Assembly (NCBI GenBank): GCA_035518495.1
Contig: DATIXO010000342.1
Location: 1,487-65,486, forward strand
Length of the DNA: 64,000 bases
From: Streptosporangiaceae bacterium
GTDB lineage: Bacteria; Actinomycetota; Actinomycetes; Streptosporangiales; Streptosporangiaceae
Direction: 5' to 3'
The notes under the pieces were generated by a model. It was not told the DNA's origin, did no database searches, and saw only the letters and a list, made by a program, of their open reading frames with translations. This document shows, in pieces, positions 53,257 through 63,603 of this stretch. A program made the position numbers and the translations under genes. The first letter of the stretch is position 1, and each line of letters begins with the position of its first letter.

Positions 53257-54686
53257 CCTGGCGCACCGGCGCGGGCCGCCATCGCCGCCACGACCAGCGG
53301 GCCGAGGGCCGTCACGTCGCCCGCGCCCATGGTGAGGACCAGGTCCCCCGGCCGGGCGATGTCCGCCACCGCGCCGGGCACCGCCGCGCGGTCGGGCAGG
53401 AAGACCGCGCGCCCGCCGGGCACCGCGCGGGCCACCAGTTCCCCGGTCACGCCGGGCTCGGGATCCTCACGAGCCGCGTAGACGTCGAGCACGAACACCT
53501 CGTCGGCCAGGCCGAGGGCGGCGCCGAACTGGCTGGCGAAGATCCGGGTGCGGCTGAACAGGTGCGGCTGGAAGACCGCGATCACCCGTCCGCTGCCGGT
53601 GATGTCGCGCGCCGCCCGCAGGTCGGCGGCGAGCTCGGTCGGGTGGTGGGCGTAGCTGTCGAGCACGGTGACCCCGCCCGCCTCGCCCTTGGGCTCCATC
53701 CGCCGCCGCGCGCCCTGGTAGGCGGCCAGCCCGCTGGCGGCCTGCCCGGCCCGCACCGGCGGCAGGCCGAGCTCGAGTACGGCGGCGTAGGCGGCAGCGG
53801 CGTTCAGCGCATTGTGACGGCCGGGGACGCCTACCTCCAGCCGGGCCGGCGGCGCCCCGCCCGGCCCGTGCACCTGCAGGCTCACGCTCATGCCGTGCGG
53901 GGCCACCGAGCTGACCCGGTAGTCGGCGCCGTCCGCCTCGCCGTAGGTGCGCACCCGGACCGGCAGCGCCGCCGCGGTCGCGGCCAGCGAGCGCGCGCCG
54001 GGGTCGTCCGCACAGGCGACCAGCACCCCGCCGGGCGCGATCCGGCGGGCGAACGCGGCGAAGGCGTCCTCGATCTCCGCCAGCGAGGCGTAGTTGTCCA
54101 GGTGGTCGGCTTCCACGCAGGTGACGACCGCCACCTCGGGGGACAGCATGAGGAAGGAGCCGTCGCTCTCGTCCGCCTCCGCGACGAACACCTCGCCGCT
54201 GCCGTCCTCGGCGCCGAGCCCGGTCTCGGTCAGGATGCCGCCGATCACGTAACCGGGGTCGGCGCCGCAGCGGCGGAGCGCGGTGGTGATCATGGAGGTG
54301 GTGGTCGTCTTGCCGTGGGTGCCGGCCACCGCCACCCCGCGCCTGCCCAGCATCACCGAGGCGAGCGCAGCCGCCCGGTGCAGCACCCGCAGCCCGGCCG
54401 CGCGGGCCGCCACGAGCTCGGGGTTGTCCGGGCGGATCGCCGACGACACCACCAGCGTGTCGGCGCCGGCCACGTTCGCCGCCGCGTGCCCGACGTGCAC
54501 GTCCGCGCCGAGGGCCGCCAGCGAGGCCAGCAGCTCACTGCCGGCCGAGTCGCTGCCCGACACCGGCACCCCGCGGGCGATCATGATGCGCGCGATGCCG
54601 GACATCCCGGCGCCGCCGATGCCGGTGAAATGCACCCGCCCCAGGCCTGCCAGGGGGACCGGCGCGACCGGTGTGACCAGGCCCAC
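53253..54686 (-). CDS. murC: UDP-N-acetylmuramate--L-alanine ligase
   Basis: VHFTGIGGAGMSGIA, GTHGKTTTTSM, EADESDGSF, GRHNALNAAAA. Confidence 0.95.
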   Translation of the reverse strand: MGLVTPVAPVPLAGLGRVHFTGIGGAGMSGIARIMIARGVPVSGSDSAGSELLASLAALGADVHVGHAAANVAGADTLVVSSAIRPDNPELVAARAAGLRVLHRAAALASVMLGRRGVAVAGTHGKTTTTSMITTALRRCGADPGYVIGGILTETGLGAEDGSGEVFVAEADESDGSFLMLSPEVAVVTCVEADHLDNYASLAEIEDAFAAFARRIAPGGVLVACADDPGARSLAATAAALPVRVRTYGEADGADYRVSSVAPHGMSVSLQVHGPGGAPPARLEVGVPGRHNALNAAAAYAAVLELGLPPVRAGQAASGLAAYQGARRRMEPKGEAGGVTVLDSYAHHPTELAADLRAARDITGSGRVIAVFQPHLFSRTRIFASQFGAALGLADEVFVLDVYAAREDPEPGVTGELVARAVPGGRAVFLPDRAAVPGAVADIARPGDLVLTMGAGDVTALGPLVVAAMAARAGAPG

Positions 54687-54704
54687 GTCAGCTCACCGCG
54701 CCTG

Positions 54705-55790
54705 TCACCCGCGCCCCCGCATCACGTCCAGCACCTCCGCGGCCAGCCATTCGTCGCTCTCCCTCGCGCCCATCTCCGCGGCCGACTCCGACATCGCCGC
54801 CACCAGATCGGGGTCGAGCAGGATCGGCACCAGCACGTCGCGGATCCACTGCGGGGTCAGGGACGCGTCGTCGACCATCAGCCCGCCGCCGGCCCGGACG
54901 ATGGGCAGCGCGTTCAGCCGCTGCTCGCCGTTGCCGTGCGGCAGCGGCACATACGCCGCGGGCAGGCCCACCGCGGTGAGCTCGGCACAGGTCATCGCAC
55001 CGCTCCGGCACAGCACGAAGTCCGCGGCGGCGTAGACGAGGTCCATCCGGTCCACGTACGGCAGCGTGATGTAGGGCGGGCCCGCGGCGGGCATGTTCAC
55101 CCGCAGGCCGCTGCGCGGGCCGAGGATGTGCAGCACCTGGATGCCGGCGCCGCGGATCCAGTCGGCCGCCTCCAGCACCGCCAGGTTCAGCGAGCGGGCG
55201 CCCTGTGACCCGCCGGTCACCAGCAGCACCGGCAGGTCGGGCCGCAGTTCGAGGTGCGCCCGCGCCTTGTCCATCAGGGCCAGCCGGTCGAGGCCGGCGA
55301 TCTCCCGCCGGAGCGGGATGCCGATGGGGCTGGCGTGCGGCAGCCTGGTGTCGGGGCTGGCGGTGAACACGTAGCGGGTGAACATGGCACCGAGCCGGTT
55401 GGCGACCCCCGGCCGGACGTTGGCCTCGTGCACGACGATCGGCACGTGGTGGCGCCGGGCGGCCAGGTAGGCCGGCGCGGACACGTACCCGCCGAATCCG
55501 GCGAGCACCCGGGCCCGGGTCCGGCTCAGCACCTCCGCCACCGCCTTGACCGAGTCGGCCAGCCTGCCGGGCACTGACAGCAGTTCCGGGGTCAGCGACC
55601 GTGGCAGCGGGACCGGTGGGATCAGCACCAGGTCGTATCCGCGCATCGGGACCAGCCTGGTCTCCAGGCCGCGCTCGGTGCCCAGGCAGGTGATGCGGAT
55701 CGACGGCTCGGCCCGCCGCAGGGCGTCCGCAAGCGCCAGGGCAGGCTCGATGTGGCCGGCGCTGCCACCTCCCGCGATTACCACGCTCAT
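54705..55790 (-). CDS. murG: UDP-GlcNAc:lipid I N-acetylglucosaminyltransferase MurG
   Basis: MSVVIAGGGSAGHIEPALALADAL. ATG at 55790 is preceded by GGAGGAGGAGG at 7 nt. The ORF-track start at 55823 (GTGA overlap with ftsW) is the alternative. Confidence 0.93.
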   Translation of the reverse strand: MSVVIAGGGSAGHIEPALALADALRRAEPSIRITCLGTERGLETRLVPMRGYDLVLIPPVPLPRSLTPELLSVPGRLADSVKAVAEVLSRTRARVLAGFGGYVSAPAYLAARRHHVPIVVHEANVRPGVANRLGAMFTRYVFTASPDTRLPHASPIGIPLRREIAGLDRLALMDKARAHLELRPDLPVLLVTGGSQGARSLNLAVLEAADWIRGAGIQVLHILGPRSGLRVNMPAAGPPYITLPYVDRMDLVYAAADFVLCRSGAMTCAELTAVGLPAAYVPLPHGNGEQRLNALPIVRAGGGLMVDDASLTPQWIRDVLVPILLDPDLVAAMSESAAEMGARESDEWLAAEVLDVMRGRG

Positions 55791-55819
55791 CGCCAGGCCT
55801 CCTCCTCCGCGGACCCGGC

Positions 55820-57172
55820 TCACTCACGCCGGCGGTCCAGGCCCAGCCAGCTTAGGACGCGGCGGGCGGCGCCGTGGCCGGCAGCGGCAAGCGCCTCCGG
55901 TGCCCCGGGCTCCCGTTTGGCGAACGACATCAGCATGCCCAGCGCCACCATCGTCACCAGCAGCGAGGACAGCCCGGACGAGACCAGCGGCAGCGGGACC
56001 CCGGTGATGGGCAGCAGCCCCAGCACCGCACCGATGTTGACCAGCGCCTGGACCACGATCCAGGCGGTCGCGCCGGCCGCGGCGAGACGGACGAAGGTGT
56101 CGCCCGCCCGGCGGGCGATCCGCAGCCCGGCGAACGCCAGGCCCCCGTAGAGCAGTGATACGCACAACGTGCCGACCAGGCCCAGTTCCTCCCCCAGGAT
56201 GGCGAAGATGAAGTCGGTCGTGTCGTTCGGCACGTAGCCCCACTTCTGCCTGCTGGCGCCCAGGCCCACTCCGAACAGGCCGCCGGAGCCGACCGACCGC
56301 ATGCCCTGGATGGGCTGCATGTCCACGCCGAACGGGTTGCCCTGCGGGTGCAGGAACATGGTCAGCCGCTGGAACCGGTACCCGGCGACCACGATCAGGA
56401 TCAGCAGCACCAGCCCGATCATGCCCAGGATGCCCGCGTACAGCGGGAGCGGCGTCCCGATCACCCACAGCAGCGCCAGGAAGATCACCAGCAGCAGGAA
56501 CGTGGTGCCCAGGTCGTCGCCGAGCATCACGAGCATGCACAGGACGCCGGCGCCGGGCAGCAGCGGGATGAGCAGGTGCCGCCAGTCGTCCAGCTGCCCG
56601 AGCTTGTCCTTGCGGGCGAGCAGGTCCGCGCCCCACAGCAGGAACGCCAGCTTGGCCAGCTCGGAGGGCTGGAAGGCGAGCGGCCCGATCTGCAGGTACC
56701 GGGTGGCGCCGCCGGAGGTCACGCCGATCACCGGGACCAGCAGCAGGCCCACGATGGCGACGAACATCAGCGGGTAGGCGGCGGCGCGGAACACCGCGGG
56801 CGAGGCCCGGGCCGCCAGCCACATGCAGGGCAGGCCCAGCACCACCCCCAGCAGCTGGTGCTGGAATCCGGAGTAGGGCGAGGCGCCCTGCGCGAGCTGG
56901 GCGACCGATGAGGTGGACAGCACCATCACCAGCCCGAGCGCGAGCAGCAGGGTGGTGATGCCGAGGATCAGGTAGTACGACGTCAGCGGCCGCCGCAGCG
57001 CGGCGAGCAGGCCCGCGGGCTGGTCCCGGTCCGCGGGCCGTCCGCTGGCCACGGGGACCGCCCGGGGCGCGGGGGCCACCCGCCCGGCCGGGCCCGCCCG
57101 GCCGGGCATGCCGGGGCTGGCCGCCCGCTCGGCTTGCTCCATCCCCCCAGTGTCCGGGCTGACCACCGCCAT
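55820..57172 (-). CDS. ftsW: SEDS-family peptidoglycan polymerase FtsW
   Basis: About ten TM segments and FQPSELAKLAFLLWGADLL. The start is uncertain (57172 or 57142). Confidence 0.92.
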   Translation of the reverse strand: MAVVSPDTGGMEQAERAASPGMPGRAGPAGRVAPAPRAVPVASGRPADRDQPAGLLAALRRPLTSYYLILGITTLLLALGLVMVLSTSSVAQLAQGASPYSGFQHQLLGVVLGLPCMWLAARASPAVFRAAAYPLMFVAIVGLLLVPVIGVTSGGATRYLQIGPLAFQPSELAKLAFLLWGADLLARKDKLGQLDDWRHLLIPLLPGAGVLCMLVMLGDDLGTTFLLLVIFLALLWVIGTPLPLYAGILGMIGLVLLILIVVAGYRFQRLTMFLHPQGNPFGVDMQPIQGMRSVGSGGLFGVGLGASRQKWGYVPNDTTDFIFAILGEELGLVGTLCVSLLYGGLAFAGLRIARRAGDTFVRLAAAGATAWIVVQALVNIGAVLGLLPITGVPLPLVSSGLSSLLVTMVALGMLMSFAKREPGAPEALAAAGHGAARRVLSWLGLDRRRE

Positions 57173-57238
57173 CGACGGGACATCGGGCGCGTGTCGCGCG
57201 AGCAGATCACCCGCGGCGCGCCGCGCGCGGGCGGGCCG

Positions 57239-58300
57239 CTACTTGGGCATCCACTCGACGTAGAAGATGCCCAGGCCGAGCGCCACGAACAGCCCGCAGA
57301 TCAGCCAGAACCTGATCACGATGGTGGTCTCCGCCCAGCCCAGCAGCTCGAAGTGGTGCTGCAGCGGCGCCATCCGGAACACCCGCCGGCCGGTCATCTT
57401 GAACGAGCCCACCTGGATGATCACCGACAGCGCGATCACCACGAACAGCCCGCCGAGGATGGCCAGCAGCAGCTGGGTCTTGGTGCACACCGCCAGGCCC
57501 GCCAGCACCCCGCCGAGCGCCAGCGACCCGGTGTCGCCCATGAAGATGCGGGCCGGCGGCGCGTTCCACCACAAGAACCCGAAGCACGCGCCCAGCACCG
57601 CGGCGGCCACCACCGCCAGGTCGAGCGGGTCGCGCACCTGGTAGCAGTGCGGGGCCAGGAAGGCGGTGCAGTCGTTGCGCAGCTGCCAGTTCCCGATCAG
57701 CACGTACGCCGCCAGCACCAGGCAGGCCGACCCGGTCGCCAGCCCGTCCAGGCCGTCGGTCAGGTTCACCGCGTTGGAGGTGCCCGCGATCAGGATGACG
57801 ATCCACAGCACGAACGGCGCCAGCCCGAGCGCCGGCCCGAAGTCCCGCAGGAACGACAGCCGCGCGTCCGCCGGCGTGATGTCGAACCCGTCGGCGAACC
57901 GGGTCTGGACCACCAGCACCGCGAACACCACGCCGACCAGCGCCTGCCCGGCCAGCTTGGCGCTGCTGCGCAGGCCCAGGCTGCGCTGCTTGTAGATCTT
58001 GATGAAGTCGTCGACGAACCCGACCACGCCCAGGCCCGCCATCAGCATCATCACCAGCACCCCGGACACCGACGGCACCTGCCCGGTCACCACGTTGCCG
58101 GTGAAGTAGCCGATGAGTGAGGCGATCACGATGACGGTCCCGCCCATGGTGGGCGTGCCGCGCTTGGTGGCGTGCCCGGCCGGGCCCTCCTCCCGGATCG
58201 CCTGGCCGTAGCCGCGCCTGCTGAACACCCTGATCGCCAGCGGGGTGCCGAACAGCGCGAGCAGCAGCGAGACCCCGCCGGCCACCAGGATGGTCTTCAC
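57239..58300 (-). CDS. mraY: Phospho-N-acetylmuramoyl-pentapeptide transferase
   Basis: [41 protein letters not shown]. An ATGA overlap links it to the murF stop. Confidence 0.96.
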   Translation of the reverse strand: MKTILVAGGVSLLLALFGTPLAIRVFSRRGYGQAIREEGPAGHATKRGTPTMGGTVIVIASLIGYFTGNVVTGQVPSVSGVLVMMLMAGLGVVGFVDDFIKIYKQRSLGLRSSAKLAGQALVGVVFAVLVVQTRFADGFDITPADARLSFLRDFGPALGLAPFVLWIVILIAGTSNAVNLTDGLDGLATGSACLVLAAYVLIGNWQLRNDCTAFLAPHCYQVRDPLDLAVVAAAVLGACFGFLWWNAPPARIFMGDTGSLALGGVLAGLAVCTKTQLLLAILGGLFVVIALSVIIQVGSFKMTGRRVFRMAPLQHHFELLGWAETTIVIRFWLICGLFVALGLGIFYVEWMPK

Positions 58301-59682
58301 AGGGCGGCCTCCCCGGTCAGGGCCAGCGCGGCGCTCTCCAGGCCGAACGAGTGGGCCGCCTTGACCAGGACCACGTCACCCGGGGCGAGGCGGGCGCCGA
58401 GCGCCTCCACCGCCCCGGCCGCATCGGGCACCGCCAGCAGCTCGCCGTGCCAGGAGTCCTCGGCCTTGGCCCCGGCCAGCACCGGCGCCGCCTCCTCCCC
58501 CACGACGATGAGGCCCGCCACCCCCGCCCGGGCGGCCAGCCGTCCCACCTCCTCGTGGATGGCATCGGACTGGCTGCCCAGCTCGTACATGGGGCCGAGC
58601 ACCGCGAACGCCCGGCCGTCCCGCGCCATGAAGGCAAGCGACTCGATCGCCGCGGCCACCGCCTCCGGGCTGGCGTTGTAGGCGTCGTTGATCACGGTCA
58701 CGCCGTCCGGCCGCCGGGTGACCTCCATCCGCCACCTGCTCCGGGCGGTGGCCGTGGACAGGCCGTCCGCGACCTGCGGCAGCGGCAGGCCGAGCTCGGT
58801 GGCGAGCGCGGCCGCCGCCAGCGCGTTGGTCACGTTGTGCTCGCCGAACAGCCGCATCCGCACCGGTGCCGATCCGGCCGGGGTGACCAGCGTGAAAACG
58901 GGGCGGCCCTGGCTGTCGAGCCGGACGCCCGCGGCCCGCACCGCCGCCCCCGGGCCGCGGCCGAACGTCACCACCCGCGCCGCGGTGCGCCCGGCCATGG
59001 CCGCGACCAGCGGGTCGTCGGCGTTGAGCAGCGCCACCCCGCCGGCGGGCAGCGCGGCGGGCAGCTCGCCCTTGGCGCGCGCCACCTCCGCCAGGCCGCC
59101 GAACTCGCCGGCGTGGGCCCGGCCGACGCACAGCACGACGCCCAGCGAGGGCCGCGCGACCTCGCACTGCCGGGCGATATGCCCTGCCCCGCGCGCCGAC
59201 AGCTCCAGCAGCAGGTACCGGGTGGCTTCGGTGACGCGCAGGATGGTCAGCGGATGGCCGATCTCGTTGTTGTAGGAGCCGTACGGCGACACGGTGGGCC
59301 CGAGCGGCTCGACCAGCTGGGCGGCCAGGTCCTTGGCCGTCGTCTTGCCGGCCGAGCCGGTGATGCCGGCGATGGTCAGGCCCGGCAGCCGGGCCACCAC
59401 CGCGCTCGCGAGGGCCGCCATCGCCGCTGGCACGTCCGGCACGACCAGGGTGGGCACGCTGGCCGGGCGGGTGGCCAGCACCGCGACCGCGCCGGCCGCC
59501 ACCGCCTGGGGCGCGAAGCCGAGGCCGTCCACCCGCGCGCCCGGCAGGGCCGCGAACAGCGCGCCGGGCCCCGCGGCCCGCGAGTCGATGACCACGGTGT
59601 CCGCCACCGCGGCGGGGTCGGCGACCAGGTGCGGCCGGGCACCGGTGATCTCGGCGACCGCTGCCAGCGAGAGCGGGATCAC
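58297..59682 (-). CDS. murF: UDP-MurNAc-tripeptide--D-alanyl-D-alanine ligase
   Basis: [16 protein letters not shown] and [11 protein letters not shown]. The start was set to the GTG at 59682 that overlaps the murE TGA (GTGA). ATG at 59697 is the alternative. Confidence 0.93.
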   Translation of the reverse strand: MIPLSLAAVAEITGARPHLVADPAAVADTVVIDSRAAGPGALFAALPGARVDGLGFAPQAVAAGAVAVLATRPASVPTLVVPDVPAAMAALASAVVARLPGLTIAGITGSAGKTTAKDLAAQLVEPLGPTVSPYGSYNNEIGHPLTILRVTEATRYLLLELSARGAGHIARQCEVARPSLGVVLCVGRAHAGEFGGLAEVARAKGELPAALPAGGVALLNADDPLVAAMAGRTAARVVTFGRGPGAAVRAAGVRLDSQGRPVFTLVTPAGSAPVRMRLFGEHNVTNALAAAALATELGLPLPQVADGLSTATARSRWRMEVTRRPDGVTVINDAYNASPEAVAAAIESLAFMARDGRAFAVLGPMYELGSQSDAIHEEVGRLAARAGVAGLIVVGEEAAPVLAGAKAEDSWHGELLAVPDAAGAVEALGARLAPGDVVLVKAAHSFGLESAALALTGEAAL

Positions 59683-61283
59683 TCGGCCACCTTCCACGGC
59701 AGCGGCTCCTCGCCCGGCGGCGGCTGGCCGCGGGAGTGGGTGACCGCCGCGCTGGCCACCTCGCGATCGTCGAACGGGACGACCGAGGTGCCGACGTACT
59801 GGCCGCGCTCATGCCCCTTGCCCGCCACCACGACCACATCCCCCTTGCTGGCCATCGCGACAGCCAGGCCGATCGCCGCGGCCCGGTCAGGCTCGATTAT
59901 CACCCGCGCCCGCTGCTGCCCGGGCACGGTGAGCACTCCGGCTAGCATCTCCGCCAGTATCGCCAGTGGATCCTCCGAGCGCGGGTTGTCGCTGGTGAGG
60001 ATCGCCACGTCCGCCAGGCGGGCCGCAGCGGCGCCCATCAGCGGCCGCTTGGCCCGGTCCCGGTCACCACCGCAGCCCAGCACGATGCACAGGCGGCCGC
60101 CGGTGACCGGGCGCAGCGCATGCAGCACCGCTTCCACCGCGCCTGGTTTGTGAGAATAGTCCACCAGCAGGGTGAAATCCTGGCCCGCCTCGACCCGCTC
60201 CAGCCGGCCGGGAACCCCGGGGCAGGCGGCCACTCCCGCGACCGCTGTGGCCAGGTGGACGCCCGCTTCCACCAGCGCGACGACCGCGCCGAGGGCGTTG
60301 GCGACGTTGTAGAGGCCGGGCAGGGCCACCGACGCGTCCGCCTCCACCCCGCCGGGGCCGATGATGCGGAACGAACTGCCGTCCGCCCCTGTCCGCACGT
60401 CGGCGGCGCGCCAGTCGGCGGCAGGGTCGCCGTCCGCGGAGAAGCTGGTGACCGGGACCCGTGCGGTCCCGGCCAGCCGGCGGCCGTAGGGGTCGTCGGT
60501 GTTCACCACGCCCACCCGCGTGTAGGCCGGCGTGAACAGCGTGGCCTTCGCGGCGAAGTACTCGTCGAGGCTGCCGTGGAAGTCCAGATGGTCCTGGGAC
60601 AGGTTGGTGAAGATCGCGACATCGTAGGCCGTGCCTGCCACCCGGCCGAGTGCCAGCGCGTGGCTGGACACCTCCATCGCCGCCGCCGTGACGCCGCGCT
60701 CGGCCATGACGGCCAGCAGCGCCTGCAGGTCGGTCGCTTCCGGTGTGGTGAGGCGGCTCGCGGTGGTGGCGTCGCCCACCCGGGTCTCCACCCCGCCCGC
60801 CAGGCCGGTGAGATGGCCGGCCCGGCGCAGCCCGGCTTCCAGCAGGTAGCTGGTGGTGGTCTTGCCGCTGGTGCCGGTCACGCCGATCAGCAGCAGCCGC
60901 CCCGACGGGTGCCGGTACACCCAGTCCGCCACCTCCCCCAGCCGGGCACGGGGATCGCCGACCACGAACACCGGCAGCCCGCAGCGCCGGGCGCTGGCCC
61001 GGCCGGCCGGATCGGTGAGGACGGCCACCGCGCCGGCCCGGGCCGCGTCCTGGCAGAACTCCGCGCCGTGGTGATGGCCGCCGGGCAGCGCCGCGTACAG
61101 GTCGCCGGGCCGGACCTGGCGCGAGTCGTGGGTGACGCCGGTCACCGCCAGCGGGCCGCCGGGCCCGCGCAGCGGGTCGGTCCCGGCCGGGCCGCCCGGC
61201 CCGGTCATGACCACGCCGAGGAGTTCGGCGAGCCCGGACAGCGGGCGGCCGTGGGCGCCGGCTGGGCGCAGATCGGCAAGCAC
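59679..61283 (-). CDS. murE: UDP-MurNAc-L-Ala-D-Glu--2,6-diaminopimelate ligase
   Basis: THDSRQVRPGDLYAAL, GVTGTSGKTTTSYL, and the DNPR motif (LTSDNPRSEDP). Confidence 0.95.
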   Translation of the reverse strand: MLADLRPAGAHGRPLSGLAELLGVVMTGPGGPAGTDPLRGPGGPLAVTGVTHDSRQVRPGDLYAALPGGHHHGAEFCQDAARAGAVAVLTDPAGRASARRCGLPVFVVGDPRARLGEVADWVYRHPSGRLLLIGVTGTSGKTTTSYLLEAGLRRAGHLTGLAGGVETRVGDATTASRLTTPEATDLQALLAVMAERGVTAAAMEVSSHALALGRVAGTAYDVAIFTNLSQDHLDFHGSLDEYFAAKATLFTPAYTRVGVVNTDDPYGRRLAGTARVPVTSFSADGDPAADWRAADVRTGADGSSFRIIGPGGVEADASVALPGLYNVANALGAVVALVEAGVHLATAVAGVAACPGVPGRLERVEAGQDFTLLVDYSHKPGAVEAVLHALRPVTGGRLCIVLGCGGDRDRAKRPLMGAAAARLADVAILTSDNPRSEDPLAILAEMLAGVLTVPGQQRARVIIEPDRAAAIGLAVAMASKGDVVVVAGKGHERGQYVGTSVVPFDDREVASAAVTHSRGQPPPGEEPLPWKVAE

Positions 61284-61302
61284 GGGCAGAGGCTACCGCT
61301 GA

Positions 61303-63603
61303 TCACGGTGCGGTGAGCCGGACGTTGGGACGCTGGCCGTGATCCGGCGGGATCTTCAGCGTCTGCAGCGCGAACTTCATGACGTGATAGAACACCGGCC
61401 CGGCCACGGCGTTGCCGAAGTAGTCACCGCTCTTGGGGTTCTGCAGGTTGACCGCGACCACGAGCTGCGGGTCGCTGGCGGGCGCCATGCCGATGTAGCT
61501 CGACCCGTACTGGCACAGGCACTGCCCCACCTGCGCGGTACCGGTCTTGGCGGCAACGGAGTACCCGGGGATCTCTCCCCAGGGCTCGTTCGCCAGGGTG
61601 GCGTCCAGCATCGGCACCTGCTGGAGGATGCCGATCAGCTCCCGCGCCGTCGTGGCCTTGATGACGCGGTGGCCGCGCGGCTGTGGCGCCGGGGCGAACT
61701 GCCCGTTGACGCCGGTGGTGCCGGCCACGATGGTCGGCGGCACCCGGACCCCGCCGTCGGCGATGGTCGCGTAGACGCTGGCCATCTGGACGGCGGTGGC
61801 GGAGACACCCTGGCCGAAGGCCAGCGTGTACCGCTGGTCCCCCCACCATTGCGACGGCGGTGCCAGCAGGCCGGCGGTGGTGTCCGGCAGCGGCAGCCCG
61901 GTCGGGACGCCGAGCCCGAACGCCCGGTAGTACCGGTACTGCGTCTGCTCGCTCACGTGCCCCGCCACCTGGACCATGCCGACGTTGCTGGAGTGCGCGA
62001 GCACGCCGGCCAGCGTGAGCCGCTCGGTGGGATGCGGGTCCGCGTCATGGAACGAGAACCCGTGCACCACGATCTGCTCCGGGACCGTGTAGACGCTCAT
62101 CGGCGTCTGCCCGTGCTCCAGCGCTGCCGCCGCGGTGATCACCTTGGCGGTGCTGCCCGGCGGGAAGACGGCCGACACCGGCAGGTCCTGGGTGGCGGCC
62201 AGGCTGGTCACCCGCGACGGCTGGAAACCGGGATACTGGGCCAGCGCGAGGATCTTGCCGGTGCGGGGATCCATCACCACCACCGTGCAGCTGGCCGCCT
62301 TGGTCAGGTGCACCTCCTGGGCGCAGGCCTGCTGCGCCTCCCATTGCAGGCCGGACAGGATCGTCAGCCGCACGTTCCCGCCCGGGACCATGGGCCGGAC
62401 CCAGTCGGAGGCGACCGGGATCGGCTCGCCGTTGGTGCCTGTCTCCACCTCTTCCTGGCCGTCCTTCCCCGCGAGCAGCGAGTTGAAGGACTCCTCGATG
62501 CCCGCCTGCCCGCGCAGGTCACCCGCGCCGGTGGTGGTGGTGAAGCCGACCAGGTTGGACGCGAGGCCGCCGCCCGGGTAGCTGCGGGTGTAGGCCGGCG
62601 TGAGGTAGACGCCTGCCGCGTTGAGCTTGTTCAGGCGGGTGGTGATCTGGCTGGCCGCGCTGATGGGCACGCCCCGTGCGAGCAGCACGTACCGCCGGGA
62701 GCTGGGGTGGTCGAGCAGGTGCACGATGGTGGCGGCCGGCATCTGGAGCGGGTCGGCCAGCGCCTCGGCGACCTGCTGCCGCATCGCCGCCGTCTGGAAC
62801 GCTGTCCTTCCGGTGATCTGTGTGGGGTCCGCGGTCACCGTGTCGGTCTGCAGGGTCATCGCCAGGATCGTGCCGTCCGCGGTGGTGATGCTGCCCCGCT
62901 CGGCCGGCACGGAGATGCTGTGCAGCCGCTGCCGCTCGGCCAGCGCCCGGTACTTCGCCCCCTCCAGGCCCTGCAACTGCACGAGCCTGCCCGCGATCAG
63001 GGACAGGGCGAACCCGGCACACAGCAGGCTGATGCGCAGCCGCCGGGCGGGGCTGCCGCGCTGGATCGGGTTGCGGCGCCCGCCGCCCGCGCGTACGGGG
63101 CGGCTACGCCCGGGGCCACCACGCCCGGGGCCACCACGCCCGGGGCCACCACGCCTGGGACCGGGCCGCCCGGGCTGATCGGGCCGCGCGCGCCCGGGTA
63201 CGCCCGGCCGCCCGCGCCCGGGTGCCTGGCGTCCTGGCGGCAGCCCCGCTGGTGGTGATCCGCCCGGTGGTGACCCGCCCGGTGGTGACCCGCCCGGTGG
63301 TGACCCGCCCGGTGGTGACCCGCCCGGTGGTGACCCGCCGGGCCGCGGGCCTGCCGGGCGCGTGCCCCGGGCCGCTGGGCCGCCCGGCGGCGCCTGCTTG
63401 GACCCGGTGCCGGCCGGCCGCGGGCTCCTGGGTCGCGCGGTGCCGCCGGGCGGCGGCCCGGCGCGTCCCGGTGGTCCCGTGCCGCGGACGGGATCGCGGG
63501 CCCGGCCGCCGCCCGGCCGGCCGGGCCGGGCGCTACCTGGCGGGCGCGCCGGGCCGCCTGGACGTTCCCGGCCCTCTCGCCCGCCTCCGCCCGCCGGTGT
63601 CAC
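61303..63603 (-). CDS. ftsI: Class B penicillin-binding protein (division transpeptidase FtsI/PbpB) with a ~190-aa repeat-rich N-terminal extension
   Basis: TM segment LLCAGFALSLIAGRLV, SxxK = STAK (GSTAKVITAAAALE), SxN = SSN (AHSSNVG), KTG (AAKTGTAQ). The GTG start overlaps the ftsL TGA (GTGA at 63600-63603). Confidence 0.92.
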   Translation of the reverse strand: MTPAGGGGREGRERPGGPARPPGSARPGRPGGGRARDPVRGTGPPGRAGPPPGGTARPRSPRPAGTGSKQAPPGGPAARGTRPAGPRPGGSPPGGSPPGGSPPGGSPPGGSPPGGSPPAGLPPGRQAPGRGRPGVPGRARPDQPGRPGPRRGGPGRGGPGRGGPGRSRPVRAGGGRRNPIQRGSPARRLRISLLCAGFALSLIAGRLVQLQGLEGAKYRALAERQRLHSISVPAERGSITTADGTILAMTLQTDTVTADPTQITGRTAFQTAAMRQQVAEALADPLQMPAATIVHLLDHPSSRRYVLLARGVPISAASQITTRLNKLNAAGVYLTPAYTRSYPGGGLASNLVGFTTTTGAGDLRGQAGIEESFNSLLAGKDGQEEVETGTNGEPIPVASDWVRPMVPGGNVRLTILSGLQWEAQQACAQEVHLTKAASCTVVVMDPRTGKILALAQYPGFQPSRVTSLAATQDLPVSAVFPPGSTAKVITAAAALEHGQTPMSVYTVPEQIVVHGFSFHDADPHPTERLTLAGVLAHSSNVGMVQVAGHVSEQTQYRYYRAFGLGVPTGLPLPDTTAGLLAPPSQWWGDQRYTLAFGQGVSATAVQMASVYATIADGGVRVPPTIVAGTTGVNGQFAPAPQPRGHRVIKATTARELIGILQQVPMLDATLANEPWGEIPGYSVAAKTGTAQVGQCLCQYGSSYIGMAPASDPQLVVAVNLQNPKSGDYFGNAVAGPVFYHVMKFALQTLKIPPDHGQRPNVRLTAP
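63111..63155 (-). repeat. 3 x 15-bp in-frame tandem repeat in the ftsI 5' region (GRGGP pentapeptides)
   Basis: cggggccaccacgcc x3. Confidence 0.85.
63251..63340 (-). repeat. 6 x 15-bp in-frame tandem repeat in the ftsI 5' region (GGSPP pentapeptides)
   Basis: ggtggtgacccgccc x6 (first and last copies have one mismatch each). The protein reads GGSPPGGSPPGGSPPGGSPPGGSPPGGSPP. Confidence 0.92.
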
